Source: an uncultured Acidobacteriota bacterium
GTDB lineage: Bacteria > Acidobacteriota > Vicinamibacteria > Vicinamibacterales > Fen-181
Length of the DNA: 64,000 nt
Direction: 5' to 3'
Assembly (NCBI GenBank): GCA_963741715.1
Contig: CAVUJA010000002.1
Coordinates: 136,883-200,882, forward strand
In this document: in pieces, positions 24,619 to 35,817 of the stretch
Layout of the letters: each line of letters starts with the position of its first letter
Position numbering within the stretch: position 1 is the first letter of the stretch
The notes under the pieces: model-generated
The model's input: the letters and a program-made list of their open reading frames with translations, nothing else
The model's database searches: none
Told to the model about the DNA's origin: nothing
Made by a program: the position numbers and the translations under genes

Positions 24619-26823
24619 ATGGTAGAGACCCCCTCGACACCGCTTTCGCCCGAGGCCGCCACGCGGCTGATGGCGTTTGCGCGCGCGTGCAAGGGTGCCG
24701 CGCGGGCGGTCGCGCTCTACCCGCCCGAGCACCCGGCCATCGGCGAGGCCCTGCAGCGCCTGGCCGCCGCCGCCGAGGCCGCCACCGCCTCGGGCCCGCT
24801 CTCGGTCGTCGTCCTCCCCGACAACCTGCTGGTGGGCGGCCGCGTCGCCGCCCGCCCCGACGCCGGCCTGGCCGAACTGGCCGCGCTGCTGCACGACCAC
24901 ATGGTCGCCGAGATCACGGTCCAGCCGGACGTCGAGGAACCGGCCTGGCGGACGTTCCTGGAACTGCTCGGCCGCGACCCGGTGCACCTGCGCGCGCACG
25001 GCGGCATCGCCCGCGCGCTGACCACCGCCGGCGGCGTGGGCATCGAGATCACCGAACTGGACTACTCGGGCCTCATCAAGGACCGCGACTCGGGCTGGCT
25101 GGCCACGTGGGACTCGATCATCGCCCACTGCCTGCAGAAGGACTCGCTGGACCTCGACGACGAGACGCTGCGGCTGCTGGGCGAAATCGCCCGCGACCCC
25201 TCCCGCCTCGCCGACTTCTTCGAGCGCACGGAGGACCACCCCGGCGGGCACAGCATCCCCGAGCTGGCCGCGGCGCTGCTGCGCGCGCTGCGCGACATCG
25301 CCGACTACATCGGCCGCCAGGAGCCGGCGCGCCTGCCGACGATCTTCGACAACATGGCGTCGGCCATCTCGCGATTGTCGCCCGACTTCGTGATGGAGCT
25401 GGTGGAGGAGGGTCAGGACGACGCCAGCGATCACGCGAAACTGATCAAGGAGATCACCAGCCGCGTCACCGAGACGACCATCGCCCAGTTCATCGCCCGC
25501 TCCGTCGCGCGCGAACGCGCGTGCACCGCGCGGCTCGCCGACGCGTTCCGCGCCCTCGCCGCCACCCCGGCCCGGCAGGAAGCCGCCGTCAGCCTGGCGC
25601 ACCAGGAACTGGCCACGTCGCCGATGGGCGAGGAGGCGAGCTTCCCGCGCCTGTGGAACACCGTGGAGCGCATCCTCCTCTCCTACTCCGACAAGGACTG
25701 GGTGTCGGACACCTACAACCGCGAGCTCTCGTCCGCGCAGGCCCGCGCCGGCGACTCCGAGCACCTCTTCGACGACCCTCCCGAGCGCGTCGTCGGGTGG
25801 TTGACGACGGTGAGCGACGCCGCGATCAGGAGCTGGGACCTGCAGCTGCTGGCCGACCTGCTCGTCCTCGAGACGGATGCCGGCAACCGCGAGGAGCTGC
25901 TGCAGCTGGTGTCGGGCCAGGTGGAGGAACTGGTCATCCTCGGCGACTTCGAGGGCGCGCGGAAGCTCGTGGAATCGCTGATCGCCTTCGGCGACCAGGC
26001 GACGTCGCCCGGGGTGCAGGCGCAGCTGGCGCGGGCGCTGGACCAGATCGTCGCGGGCCCGTTCATGTCGCACGCGGCGGTCCACCTCAACGCGGTGCGC
26101 GACGACGAGTTCGAGCAGGTGAAGGCGCTGTTCGCGGCGCTCGGGCCGGGCCTGGTGCCGAAGCTGGCCGACACGCTGGTGACCGAGGCGCGCGCCCGGG
26201 CGCGGCAGCGGCTCACCGAGCTGTTCATGATGTTCGGCGAGCACGGCAAGAGCTCGGTGGACCAGCTGCGCCAATCGCCCAACCCCAGCGTCCGCCGCAC
26301 GGCGGTGCAGCTGCTGCGGTCGTTCGGCGGCCCCGAGTCGCTGCCGGATCTCGAGATCCTCGTGAACGACCCCGAGCCCGCGGTGCAGCGCGAGGCCGCC
26401 CGGGCGTTGATCGGCTTCGGCTTCGACGAGTCGTTCGATCTGCTCACGCGGATGCTGCGCAACAACAAGCTCCAGGGCCGGAAGGCGCTGATCGAGGAGC
26501 TGGTCTCGACGCACGATCACAAGACCGGGCCGCTGTTCTGCCACCTGGTTCGACACCTGGCGTGCACCGGGCCCGCACGCGAGGTCTACCTCCGGTCGAT
26601 CGGCCGGCTCGGGCTGCTCGGCGGCCCCGAGGCCGTGGCGGCGCTCGCCGAGGTGCTGCGGAAGGGACAGTGGTGGGCGCCGATGCGGACGCGCGAGGTG
26701 CGGGCGGAAGCGGCGGCGGCGCTGGCGCAGATCAAGCTGCCCGAGGCGCGCGAGGCGCTGCGCGACGCGGCCGAGAACGGCACGTTCGGCGTTCGCGCGG
26801 CGGCGCGGCGGTTCATTAAGTAG
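24619..26823 (+). CDS. large HEAT-repeat protein with an N-terminal module shared with the adjacent HD-GYP protein
   Basis: 734 aa from ATG 24619. C-terminal HEAT/armadillo-like repeats (NPSVRRTAVQLLRSFGG, DPEPAVQREAARALIGFG, ...ALAEVLRKG, ...AAAALAQIK, ...VRAAARRF). The N-terminus (AVALYPPEHPAI) parallels QLYAPGHPLV of the next gene. Confidence 0.75.
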   Translation: MVETPSTPLSPEAATRLMAFARACKGAARAVALYPPEHPAIGEALQRLAAAAEAATASGPLSVVVLPDNLLVGGRVAARPDAGLAELAALLHDHMVAEITVQPDVEEPAWRTFLELLGRDPVHLRAHGGIARALTTAGGVGIEITELDYSGLIKDRDSGWLATWDSIIAHCLQKDSLDLDDETLRLLGEIARDPSRLADFFERTEDHPGGHSIPELAAALLRALRDIADYIGRQEPARLPTIFDNMASAISRLSPDFVMELVEEGQDDASDHAKLIKEITSRVTETTIAQFIARSVARERACTARLADAFRALAATPARQEAAVSLAHQELATSPMGEEASFPRLWNTVERILLSYSDKDWVSDTYNRELSSAQARAGDSEHLFDDPPERVVGWLTTVSDAAIRSWDLQLLADLLVLETDAGNREELLQLVSGQVEELVILGDFEGARKLVESLIAFGDQATSPGVQAQLARALDQIVAGPFMSHAAVHLNAVRDDEFEQVKALFAALGPGLVPKLADTLVTEARARARQRLTELFMMFGEHGKSSVDQLRQSPNPSVRRTAVQLLRSFGGPESLPDLEILVNDPEPAVQREAARALIGFGFDESFDLLTRMLRNNKLQGRKALIEELVSTHDHKTGPLFCHLVRHLACTGPAREVYLRSIGRLGLLGGPEAVAALAEVLRKGQWWAPMRTREVRAEAAAALAQIKLPEAREALRDAAENGTFGVRAAARRFIK

Positions 26824-26851
26824 GATTCGGGAGTCGGGATTCGGGATTCAG
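26822..26851. repeat. tandem heptamer array (AGGATTC/GGGAGTC/GGGATTC), 4 units
   Basis: aggattc gggagtc gggattc gggattc ag. Starts inside the TAG stop (26821-26823) of the HEAT gene. Confidence 0.9.
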
Positions 26852-26871
26852 TGGGATACGGCCGCAAGCCG

Positions 26872-26925
26872 CACGTCGCAGGTCGCCCCTCGACGTTGCT
26901 CGGGGCGCCCTGAGCGGAGTCGAAG
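26872..26925. repeat. REP-like GC-rich element, inverted copy of 17557-17612
   Basis: The reverse complement reads gcccttcgactccgctcagggcgccccgagcaacgtcgaggggcg. Confidence 0.75.
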
Positions 26926-26949
26926 GGCGCAAGTCGGAATGGTGAGCCA

Positions 26950-28326
26950 ATGACGGACCGTCCACTTCGTCGGCAGGCGTTGATGGAGGAGCTGCTGCGG
27001 CGCTTCGGCGCCGCGCTCCGCGGGGCGCAGCTCTACGCCCCGGGGCACCCGCTGGTCCTCCGCAACGTCGCCTCGCTCTGCGAAGCGGCCCAGCGGATCC
27101 TCGAGGAGCTCCCGAGCGTCTCCATCGCGCTGCTGGCCGACGAGGTGGTGATTGCCGACCTGCCGATCCCGCGCGCCGCGAACACGCTGGGCGAGCTGCT
27201 GGCGAAGCTGAAGTCGCGCGGCGTCGAACGCGTGACGCTCGACAAGGGCGTGACGCTCGAAGAGCTGGCGGCCAGCGTGGACGCCCTGTGCCTGCGGCTC
27301 CAGTCGGCCGGCGAGGCCGACGAGAGCCCGTTCCCGGAGCTGCCGCACGTCCGCATCGGGCTGGTCCGCCTCGAGCAGCGTACGCAGGCGAGCCTGGCCG
27401 ACATGGCCACCATCCGCAAGCTGTACACGCAGGCGTCCTCCACGATGAGGATGGTGTGGGAGAACGCGCAGACGGACGGCGTGGCCAAGGGCGCGGAAGT
27501 GCGGTCGGTCGTGGACGAACTGGCGCAGGCGGTCAGCCAGAACCGCAACGCGCTGGTGGCGCTGACGACGATGCGCAACGCCGACACCTACACGTTCACG
27601 CACCTGGTGAACGTGTCGATCCTGACGATGGTGCAGGCGCGGGGGCTGGGCATCGACGGCACGCTGCTGCGCGAGTTCGGCGTGGCCGGCCTGCTGCACG
27701 ACATCGGCAAGGTGCGCACGCCGCCCGAGATCCTGTCGAAGCCGGGCAAGCTCGACGACCGGGAGACGGTGATCATGCGCCGGCACCCGGTGGAGGGCGC
27801 GGAGCTCCTCCGCAAGACGAAGGACCTCACGCCGCTGGCCGCCGTCGTGGCGTTCGAGCACCACCTGCGCCTGGACGGCAGCGGCTATCCGATCGGCGTG
27901 AAGCGGCCGGCGCTGAACCTGGCCACGATGCTCTGCACGATCGCCGACGTCTACGACGCGATGCGATCGAAGCGGCAATACCAGGAAGCGTTCCCCGCCG
28001 ACCGCGTGCTCGCGGTGCTCAAGAGCAGCGAAGGGCGGGAGTTCGAGCAGCGCCTGGTGCGGCGCTTCGTGCAGCTGATGGGCCTCTACCCTGTCGGCTC
28101 GCTGGTGCGCCTGAACTCGGGCGCGTGCGCGATCGTGCTGCGGCCCTTCTCGGGCGACCCGCACCGCCCGCGCGTCCGCGTCGTCTTCGCGGCCGACGGC
28201 CGTCGCCTGGCCGCGCCGTACGATCTCAACCTGTGGGAAGTGGAACCCGCCCCGCACCGGTCGTCGTCGGTGATCGGCCCCGCCAACGCGCCGGACCCGG
28301 AGTTCGACCCGCTGGACGTGATGTAA
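26950..28326 (+). CDS. HD-GYP domain c-di-GMP phosphodiesterase
   Basis: 458 aa. HD motif GLLHDIGK, HHLRLDGSGYP, DVYDAMRSKRQY. Confidence 0.9.
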   Translation: MTDRPLRRQALMEELLRRFGAALRGAQLYAPGHPLVLRNVASLCEAAQRILEELPSVSIALLADEVVIADLPIPRAANTLGELLAKLKSRGVERVTLDKGVTLEELAASVDALCLRLQSAGEADESPFPELPHVRIGLVRLEQRTQASLADMATIRKLYTQASSTMRMVWENAQTDGVAKGAEVRSVVDELAQAVSQNRNALVALTTMRNADTYTFTHLVNVSILTMVQARGLGIDGTLLREFGVAGLLHDIGKVRTPPEILSKPGKLDDRETVIMRRHPVEGAELLRKTKDLTPLAAVVAFEHHLRLDGSGYPIGVKRPALNLATMLCTIADVYDAMRSKRQYQEAFPADRVLAVLKSSEGREFEQRLVRRFVQLMGLYPVGSLVRLNSGACAIVLRPFSGDPHRPRVRVVFAADGRRLAAPYDLNLWEVEPAPHRSSSVIGPANAPDPEFDPLDVM

Positions 28327-28334
28327 CACGGACG

Positions 28335-28383
28335 AGGGATCGGGGATCAGGGATCGGGGATCGGGGATCAGGGATCAGGGACT
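28335..28383. repeat. tandem heptamer array (RGGGATC)n, 7 units
   Basis: agggatc ggggatc agggatc ggggatc ggggatc agggatc agggact. Starts 9 nt after the HD-GYP stop. Confidence 0.95.
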
Positions 28384-28489
28384 CGAGTTGGGACCACCCT
28401 GGCGGGATGGCCAGACAGACGTCCATACGTCCGCACATTAATGTCCGGCGAGCGGCGGCCGGTCGCGGGCGGCTCGCGAAACGGCCGCT

Positions 28490-28880
28490 GAGAGCCGTCG
28501 GGCGCCGGGGGCGCCCTCCTTCGCTCACGCTCGACAGTGCCGAACCCGCGCATCCTCATTCGGTCGAATTCGCGTGAGCCAGTCGGCATGGCCAAGAGAG
28601 CCTCCGGGCAAGTCCCGACTTGCGGTGCGCGGTTCTGCATTCGACCGTCGGCACTGCTCGCATGTTCGCTCAGTCGGGCATCCCCCGACACCCGCCGGCG
28701 GGAAGCGGCCGCTGCCCGTCCCATAGGCGGCGGACGGACGCGGGACGACTCGCGAAACGGCGACTGTCGGCAAGCCGTGTCGAGCGTCAGACGGCAAAAC
28801 GCCGCCGCAGGCGCTGGGGAGGAGCCGGGTTGAGCCCGATCACGCACACGAATCAGACCGGGCGACCCCGGCGGTTCTCG
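28490..28880. repeat. mosaic GC-rich dispersed repeat, copy B (inverted relative to 5346-5900)
   Basis: The reverse complement matches blocks of copy A. Copy A carries ~190 extra internal nucleotides. Confidence 0.8.
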
Positions 28881-28950
28881 GCCGACGACAGCCGAGGACG
28901 GCTTTCTGCCGGCGCCGCCGACCGGAGCCGTGGAGCGAGCGGCCCGCGGG

Positions 28951-29094
28951 CGGCCGCCGCTCTGCGACGCGGGCAACGGCGCCCGACGGCTCGTGTGGCC
29001 GGCCACCGCTCTGCGACGCAGGCAACGGCGCCCGGCGGCTCTCGTGCGGCCCGCGGCCCGCGGCCGGCCGCCGCTCTGCGACAGCCGCTACGGC
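28951..29094. repeat. about 2.5 copies of a 50-60-nt tandem repeat
   Basis: cggccgccgctctgcgacgcgggcaacggcgcccgacggctcgtgtggc / cggccaccgctctgcgacgcaggcaacggcgcccggcggctctcgtgcggcccgcggcccg / cggccggccgccgctctgcgacagccgctacggc. The last partial unit overlaps the receiver-gene stop (29088-29090). Confidence 0.8.
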
Positions 29095-29467
29095 TTCGCG
29101 CCGGGGTCGGCTGCGATGGCCTTGGCGATGGTGTCGAGGAGCGTCGCGCGCATGACGGGCTTCACCAGGAAGACGGCGCCCGACCGCACCGCCTCTTCGC
29201 GAAGGTTCGGGTCTTCGTAGCCCGTGAGCACGACGACGGGGAGGCCGGGGTGGTGGTCGCGCGCGAAGATGCCCAGCTGCAGGCCGTTGTAGGCGCCGAG
29301 GCGGATGTCGGTGAGCAGGAGGTCGGGGCGCGAGGCCGCCAGCAGCGCCTTCGCGTCCTGGTAGCGCTCGCACGCCACGGTGTCGTAGCCCCCATCCTGC
29401 AGGATCTCCGCCAGGAACTTCAGCACCTGCCGGTCGTCGTCCACGACGAAGACGCGCTTGAGCGGGC

Positions 29468-29471
<4 letters not shown>
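29088..29471 (-). CDS. stand-alone response-regulator receiver (REC) protein
   Basis: 127 aa. Acidic pocket VVDDD, phospho-acceptor LLLTDIRL, VVVLTGY, LVKP. No output domain. ATG overlaps the stop of the upstream activator gene (ATGA). Confidence 0.9.
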
Positions 29472-30682
<1,211 letters not shown>

Positions 30683-31031
30683 TACTGTATCGCCACGGTC
30701 GAGCGGCGTCAATGGCGCTGGTTCCGCGGCGCTGGTTTCGCGCTGGTTTCGCAGGTTCCCCCGGGGTCTTCCCTCGCCCAGTGGGTGCGGACGATCTGCG
30801 CGAGGGGTGCGCGGCGTCGGGAGGCAGGCAGGCGATGAAGAACCGGGGCTCGCGGGTGGTGTGGTCACCGTCCGCGTCGCCTCGATGCACACCACGGAGC
30901 GGAGCGCGCGGCAAGAAGTACGCTGACTATCGTGTCTTTAGTGGTCTCGTGGGCTGACTTCCTCTGCCTGTTCGGGGATTCCAACTCGCACAATGACCGA
31001 GATCATTCGCTATTCGACGAATTGCCGGGTT

Positions 31032-31047
31032 TGGCACCCTAGTTGCT
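31032..31047 (+). promoter_or_regulatory. sigma-54 (-24/-12) promoter TGGCAC-N5-TTGCT
   Basis: tTGGCACcctagTTGCTc, a perfect match to the consensus, 93 nt upstream of ATG 31140. Divergent from the bEBP gene. Confidence 0.8.
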
Positions 31048-31139
31048 CCAGCTGGGACCCAAAGGGCCGCGCTCCGAGTGGGCACGAGAGCACCCGCAGT
31101 GCGGTCCCGCGTGAGCGACGCCATCAACTCGAGGTAGCG

Positions 31140-31835
31140 ATGAGCAGAATCCTGAAGATCGCGGCAGTGGGAACGGCGCTCGTGGTCACCGTGGCGCTGG
31201 CCACCCCCGCCAGTGCCGGGATCATCTTCGTTGGTGCCGCCGTCGGCGGCGCACCGACCGGCGCGTCCCACGAGAATTTCGATCTACTGGGCCTCGGTGG
31301 CGGCGGCGGCAACCTCGCGAGCGGGATCGGTGTGTCGTTCACGCCGGACGGGCAGGCCGTCCAGGGGTCCGTGAGCGGGCGGTATGCGGCGCCCTACCTG
31401 AGCGGGCTCAACGGGGCGGGCTTTGGCAACTCGCCCTCGGTCGGGGCGGATGAGTCGACCTACCTCGCCACCGGCCTGGGCCTGGTCACGTTGACGATGC
31501 CAGCCGCGGAGCGGTACCTCGGCCTCCTCTGGGGTTCGGTGGATGCCTACAATACCCTGACCTTCTACAACGGCACGACAGTGGTGGGAACCCTGACCGG
31601 GGCGGACGTCATGGCGCTTCCGAGCGGGAACCAGGGGCTGGATGGCACCACATACGTGAACGTCGCCTTCGACGAGGACTTCAACAAGGTGGTCGCGTCG
31701 AGCACGAGCTACGCCTTCGAGTTCGACAACGTCGCCTTCAACCCGACGAACCCGATTCCCGAGCCGGCCTCGCTGCTGCTGCTCGGCACGGGCCTCGTCG
31801 GCGTCGGTCGCCTGATGCGCCATCGCCGGAGGTAG
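31140..31835 (+). CDS. PEP-CTERM sorting-domain protein
   Basis: Signal peptide MSRILKIAAVGTALVVTVALATPASA. C-terminal NPIPEPASLLLLGTGLVGVGRLMRHRRR. Confidence 0.9.
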   Translation: MSRILKIAAVGTALVVTVALATPASAGIIFVGAAVGGAPTGASHENFDLLGLGGGGGNLASGIGVSFTPDGQAVQGSVSGRYAAPYLSGLNGAGFGNSPSVGADESTYLATGLGLVTLTMPAAERYLGLLWGSVDAYNTLTFYNGTTVVGTLTGADVMALPSGNQGLDGTTYVNVAFDEDFNKVVASSTSYAFEFDNVAFNPTNPIPEPASLLLLGTGLVGVGRLMRHRRR

Positions 31836-31943
31836 TGGCCGGCCACGCGCTAACGGGGGAAAGCTCGCAGGGCCACCCACGCGGTGGCCCGTTTCTCGTA
31901 CGCGAATCCCCGACCTCCGCCTCCCGCCGGCTGGTGCGCTATC

Positions 31944-33388
31944 ATGAGGCTGCGATGGCCTCTCGCCTTCGACTCCCTCTCTCCTGTTGGCCGTCGGCCT
32001 GTCCGCCTGCGCGCGCAGCCCGTCAACGCCGCCCGCCTCGGGGCAGCAGGTCACTGTCACTGGCGCGGAACGGCTGATGTGGGACCAGTCGGTCGGGAGC
32101 GGAGAGGCCATCTCCACGTACCGCTTCGCCGCCCTCGTGGACGGAGTCCGGGCGGAGCTGCCGGGAGCCGGGTGCGTGGCGGCCGCCGAAGCGCTCTACG
32201 CGTGCTCGAGCGGCCTGCCGCCCATGTCCGCCGGCCCGCATTCGCTCCGGCTGATCGCGATCAACGGCGCCCTCGAAAGCCCGCCTTCCACGCCGCCACT
32301 GTCGCTCGTCGTGGTGACCGGCCAGTCCAGTACGGCGCCCGCGTCTTCGCGCGACACGGCGGCGAACGACACGCGCGTGACGACCGCAGACGGCGTGAAC
32401 CTCCGGCTCGAAACGCTGGCCGGCGGATTGACCGACGTCACCGACGTGGCGCCGGCCCCCGGGGGCACGTTCTTCGTGGCGGAGCGCGCGGGCACGATCC
32501 GCCTCTATCGAGACGCCCTCGTCCAGCCCGCTCCAGCAGCGGCCATGGACGACACCATCGCCGCGGGCGGCGAGCTGCTCGCGGTGGCCGTGGACCCGGG
32601 GTTCAGCGCCAACCGGTGGATCTACGCCCTTCACACGACGGCCCGCTTTGCGGTCACCCCCGGCCTGTTCGAATTCCGCATCACCAGGCTCACGGCGTTG
32701 GACGACTCCTTCTCGGAGAGAGTCACCGTGCTCGCGGGCGTCGCCGCCGCCTCCGCACGGTCGGCCGCGGCGCTTCGCTTCGGGCCCGACGGCAAGCTGT
32801 ACGCGGCGTTCGACGATGGGGGGAGCGAGCTGGCGCCGAACGACCTGGCGTCGTTCAACGGGAAGGTGCTGCGGCTCGAGCCGGACGGGACGACGCCCGC
32901 GGACCAGCCCGCCGCGACGCCGGTCCTTGCCGGCGGCTTTCAGGCGCCGCGGAAGCTGGCGTGGTCGGAGGACGGCGGCGTCTTGTGGGTCTTTCAGTCG
33001 CGGAGCGACGGCTCGGAGCGCATGACGCCGGTCAGGATCGAGCGGCGGCTCGGGGCCGCGCCTCAGGCGCCCTACGACGCTGCCGCATCCGTTCGGCATC
33101 GGTGGCGCCGCGCTCTACTCGGCGTCGCTCGTCCCCGAGTTCAAGGGGAATCAGTTCGTCGGCGGCGAGCAGGCGCGCTATCTGCTCCGCCTGCGATTCG
33201 ATCCGGCGGATCCGCTCACCGTGGCATCCACCGAACAACTGCTCCAGGACCGCGTCGGCGACATCCGCGCCGTCACCGTGGGCACCGACGGCGCGATCTA
33301 CCTGGCGACGTCCACGTCACTCCTCCGCCTCGCGCAGCTGCAGTCAGGTTCCGCCCCGGGCGTCGGCACAGCGCGCGTAGCGCGTTAG
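31944..33388 (+). CDS. PQQ-dependent sugar dehydrogenase-like beta-propeller lipoprotein, frameshifted as assembled
   Basis: Motifs GGLTDVTDVAPAPGGTFFVAERAGTIRLY, LAVAVDPGFSANRWIYALHT, LRFGPDGKLYAAFDDGG, NGKVLRLEPDGTTPADQP (frame of 31987). The C-terminal part LPHPFGIGGAALYSASLVPEFKGNQFVGG...GDIRAVTVGTDGAIYLAT lies in the +1 frame after ~33026-33080 and ends at TAG 33386-33388. The lipobox LLLAVGLSAC is probably joined to ATG 31944 through another shift near 31975-31985. Confidence 0.7.
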
Positions 33389-33435
33389 GCACGCCGCGTC
33401 AACGCGACTTGCGAGCGGGAGACCTCGGAAAACGC

Positions 33436-33467
33436 GAAAGGCCGCCCGGTTGCCCGGACGGCCTTTC
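33436..33467 (-). terminator. hairpin terminator for the minus-strand PEP-CTERM gene
   Basis: GAAAGGCCG...CGGCCTTTC (9-bp outer stem plus inner CCGG pairs). On the minus strand it is followed by gcgtttt. Located 50 nt after the stop at 33518. Confidence 0.55.
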
Positions 33468-33517
33468 CGTGAATCCAGGGCTTGGTGCGCGAGCGCACCG
33501 CCCTCCGATGCCACGTG

Positions 33518-34267
33518 CTAGCGCTTCCGACGGCGCGACGCGCGGGCGGCACCGGCGAGGCCGATGCCCAGCAGAGTGAGGGTCGCAGGCTCAGGCACGG
33601 GGTTCACGACCGTCTGAATCTTGTTGCCGATGGCGTCGGCATACCCCTGCGGGTTCGCCACGCCGATGTAGAAGCCCTGGGTCGGGAAATTGAAGGGAAT
33701 CGTCGTATCGCACGGTCCCGGGTAGCAGACACTGCCCTGGAGGAAGGTAGTGTCAATGCCAGTCCCGATGCCCTCGACGCTGATGTTGTCGACCTTCGTC
33801 TTCAGCAACGCCAACGCGGTACTCGTGTGACTCGTGTCCACGTTGTCTTGTCCGTCCGTGGCGAAGTTCACGTACGACGTCGAACTCGCGTTCATCAGGG
33901 CGGCCATCTCGTTGAAAGGGTCCGTGAAGTTCGTGTTCCCATTCAGGAAGGGCAAGGCCGTAATCAGGGAGGCCAGCGCAGTCCTGCTCGCCGCGTCGGT
34001 CACCAGGTAGTTCCCGATGACATTACCCAAGCCGGTCGAGAACGTGACCACCGACACCTGGTACTGGCTGCCAAGCGGGATTTCGTTGGTCACCGCGTTG
34101 GCCAGGCCATTCGTAATCGTGGACCAGCCGCTGCTAGTGATGCTGCCGGAACTGTCCAGGATGAACCCGAGCTGGATGGCCGAGGCCTCGGCCTTCGAGC
34201 CGGCGCCGAGCGTCACCGCCATCACCAGGGCGATGACCACAACTGGTAGCGTGATCAACTTTCGCAT
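33518..34267 (-). CDS. von Willebrand factor A (vWA) domain PEP-CTERM protein
   Basis: Signal peptide MRKLITLPVVVIALVMAVTLGAGSKAEA. MIDAS-like ILDSSGS ... TDG. C-terminal NPVPEPATLTLLGIGLAGAARASRRRKR. Confidence 0.9.
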   Translation of the reverse strand: MRKLITLPVVVIALVMAVTLGAGSKAEASAIQLGFILDSSGSITSSGWSTITNGLANAVTNEIPLGSQYQVSVVTFSTGLGNVIGNYLVTDAASRTALASLITALPFLNGNTNFTDPFNEMAALMNASSTSYVNFATDGQDNVDTSHTSTALALLKTKVDNISVEGIGTGIDTTFLQGSVCYPGPCDTTIPFNFPTQGFYIGVANPQGYADAIGNKIQTVVNPVPEPATLTLLGIGLAGAARASRRRKR

Positions 34268-34497
34268 CGCACATTCCTCCCGCGTGACGCCAAGTACCCC
34301 ACATGGGCCCCACGCCACTGCTCTGATGTCCCCGAATCACAGGAACCGCCACCCTCGACGGCCGATACCGTTCCACACCGAAGCCCTCCGTCCGACGGGC
34401 GGGCTAGCCCGAATCGGAACGGCACACCACCCACGGGCGGCGCGAATCCCGGCGGCGCCCTCCCCAGTCCGCCGCTGCCCCAGTGGATAACAGCACA

Positions 34498-34512
34498 GCA
34501 AACCAGACGCCA
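34498..34512 (-). promoter_or_regulatory. candidate sigma-54 promoter TGGCGT-N5-TTGCT
   Basis: The minus strand reads TGGCGTctggtTTGCt. Lies 230 nt upstream of ATG 34267, in the gap after the GGDEF gene. Confidence 0.5.
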
Positions 34513-34665
34513 ACTGTCCGCAGCAGATCTCGTTTGCAGCAACACGTTGTCGCAGAGCAGTTTCTGCCAACTTTGAAGGTGCCTGGCCGGCGGGGAAGTC
34601 AACTCGAAGGAGGACTTTTGTTCTGCGTGCAGGTGGGGTCGATGAAAACCGGTGAGCCTTCGCCG

Positions 34666-35817
34666 CTACTCCGTCGTCGCCAGGCGCACGCAGTTCTTCC
34701 CTGCCGCCTTGGCCGCGTAGAGCGCGCGGTCGGCGCGGGCGATCAGGTCCTGCGCGGAGCCGTCGCCGGTGAGGACGGCGACGCCGACGCTGATGGTCGG
34801 GTGCATGTCGGCGGGAATGAGGAGCGGGTCGAAGCGGTAGTTGGCGATGCGCTGGCGGATGCGCTCGGCGCTCTGGAGCGCGCTGGCCGCGGGACTGCCC
34901 GGCATGAGGATCGCGAACTCCTCGCCGCCGTAGCGCGTGCACACGTCGAACGCGCGGACCGAGCGGCGGAGCGTGTCGGACATCGCGCGCAGCACGCCGT
35001 CGCCGATCAGGTGGCCGAGGGCGTCGTTGAGGCTCTTGAAGTCGTCGGCGTCGATCACCAGCAGCGCCAGGTCGAGGCCGTAGCGGCGGGCGCGCTGGAT
35101 TTCCTCGTCGATGCGCGTCTCGAAGTAGCGCCGGTTGAACAGCGACGTGAGCGGATCGACCGCGGCCGCGTGGGCCAGGTCCTTCGCCTTGTGCGCGAGG
35201 CGCGTGGTGGAGAGCGCGAGGGCGGCCGGCGCCGCCATCGCGCGCGCCAGGGTGAGGTCGCCGCGGCTGAACGGCTGCAGGTCGGCGCGGTCGGCAAACG
35301 TCAGCACGCCGAGGCCCTCGCTGTCCTTGTAGAGCGGCAGCGCCATGAACGAGCCGGTGCGATAGCGGCGGCGCCGCCGGTGGCCGAGCAGCTCGCGGTC
35401 GGCGTCGGAGACGAGCCGCGGCTGGCGCGACAGGAACACCTCGCCGATCACGCCGCTGCCCGGCGCAATCCGCAGGTCCTCGACGAGCACGGACGGGTAG
35501 CCGCGCGTGGCGACGATCGACAACCGGCCGACCGCCTCGTCGTAGAGCGCGAGCGCGGCCTGCTGCGCCTGCACCCGCTCGGCGATCGTCTCGAGGACGA
35601 ACTCGGAGAGCGGGCCGGTCTCGTCGATCTGGCCAACGCGGCGGGAGAACGCGTAGATGTCCGCCACGAGTCGCTCGCAGCGGCGGCGGCCCGCGAGCCA
35701 GTCGGTCGCGCGTTGGACTACCATCTCCGCGGCCGCCCGCTCGTCGGGCGCGGCCTGGAGGGACGGCCAAAGGTCGCCGAGGCGCCGGAGGTGCGATTCG
35801 GTCAGTTCGACGTGCAC
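34666..35817 (-). CDS. GAF-domain diguanylate cyclase (GGDEF)
   Basis: Active site RYGGEEFAIL with an RAFD I-site 5 residues upstream. DPLTSLFNRRYF. N-terminal GAF-like region. Confidence 0.9.
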   Translation of the reverse strand: MHVELTESHLRRLGDLWPSLQAAPDERAAAEMVVQRATDWLAGRRRCERLVADIYAFSRRVGQIDETGPLSEFVLETIAERVQAQQAALALYDEAVGRLSIVATRGYPSVLVEDLRIAPGSGVIGEVFLSRQPRLVSDADRELLGHRRRRRYRTGSFMALPLYKDSEGLGVLTFADRADLQPFSRGDLTLARAMAAPAALALSTTRLAHKAKDLAHAAAVDPLTSLFNRRYFETRIDEEIQRARRYGLDLALLVIDADDFKSLNDALGHLIGDGVLRAMSDTLRRSVRAFDVCTRYGGEEFAILMPGSPAASALQSAERIRQRIANYRFDPLLIPADMHPTISVGVAVLTGDGSAQDLIARADRALYAAKAAGKNCVRLATTE

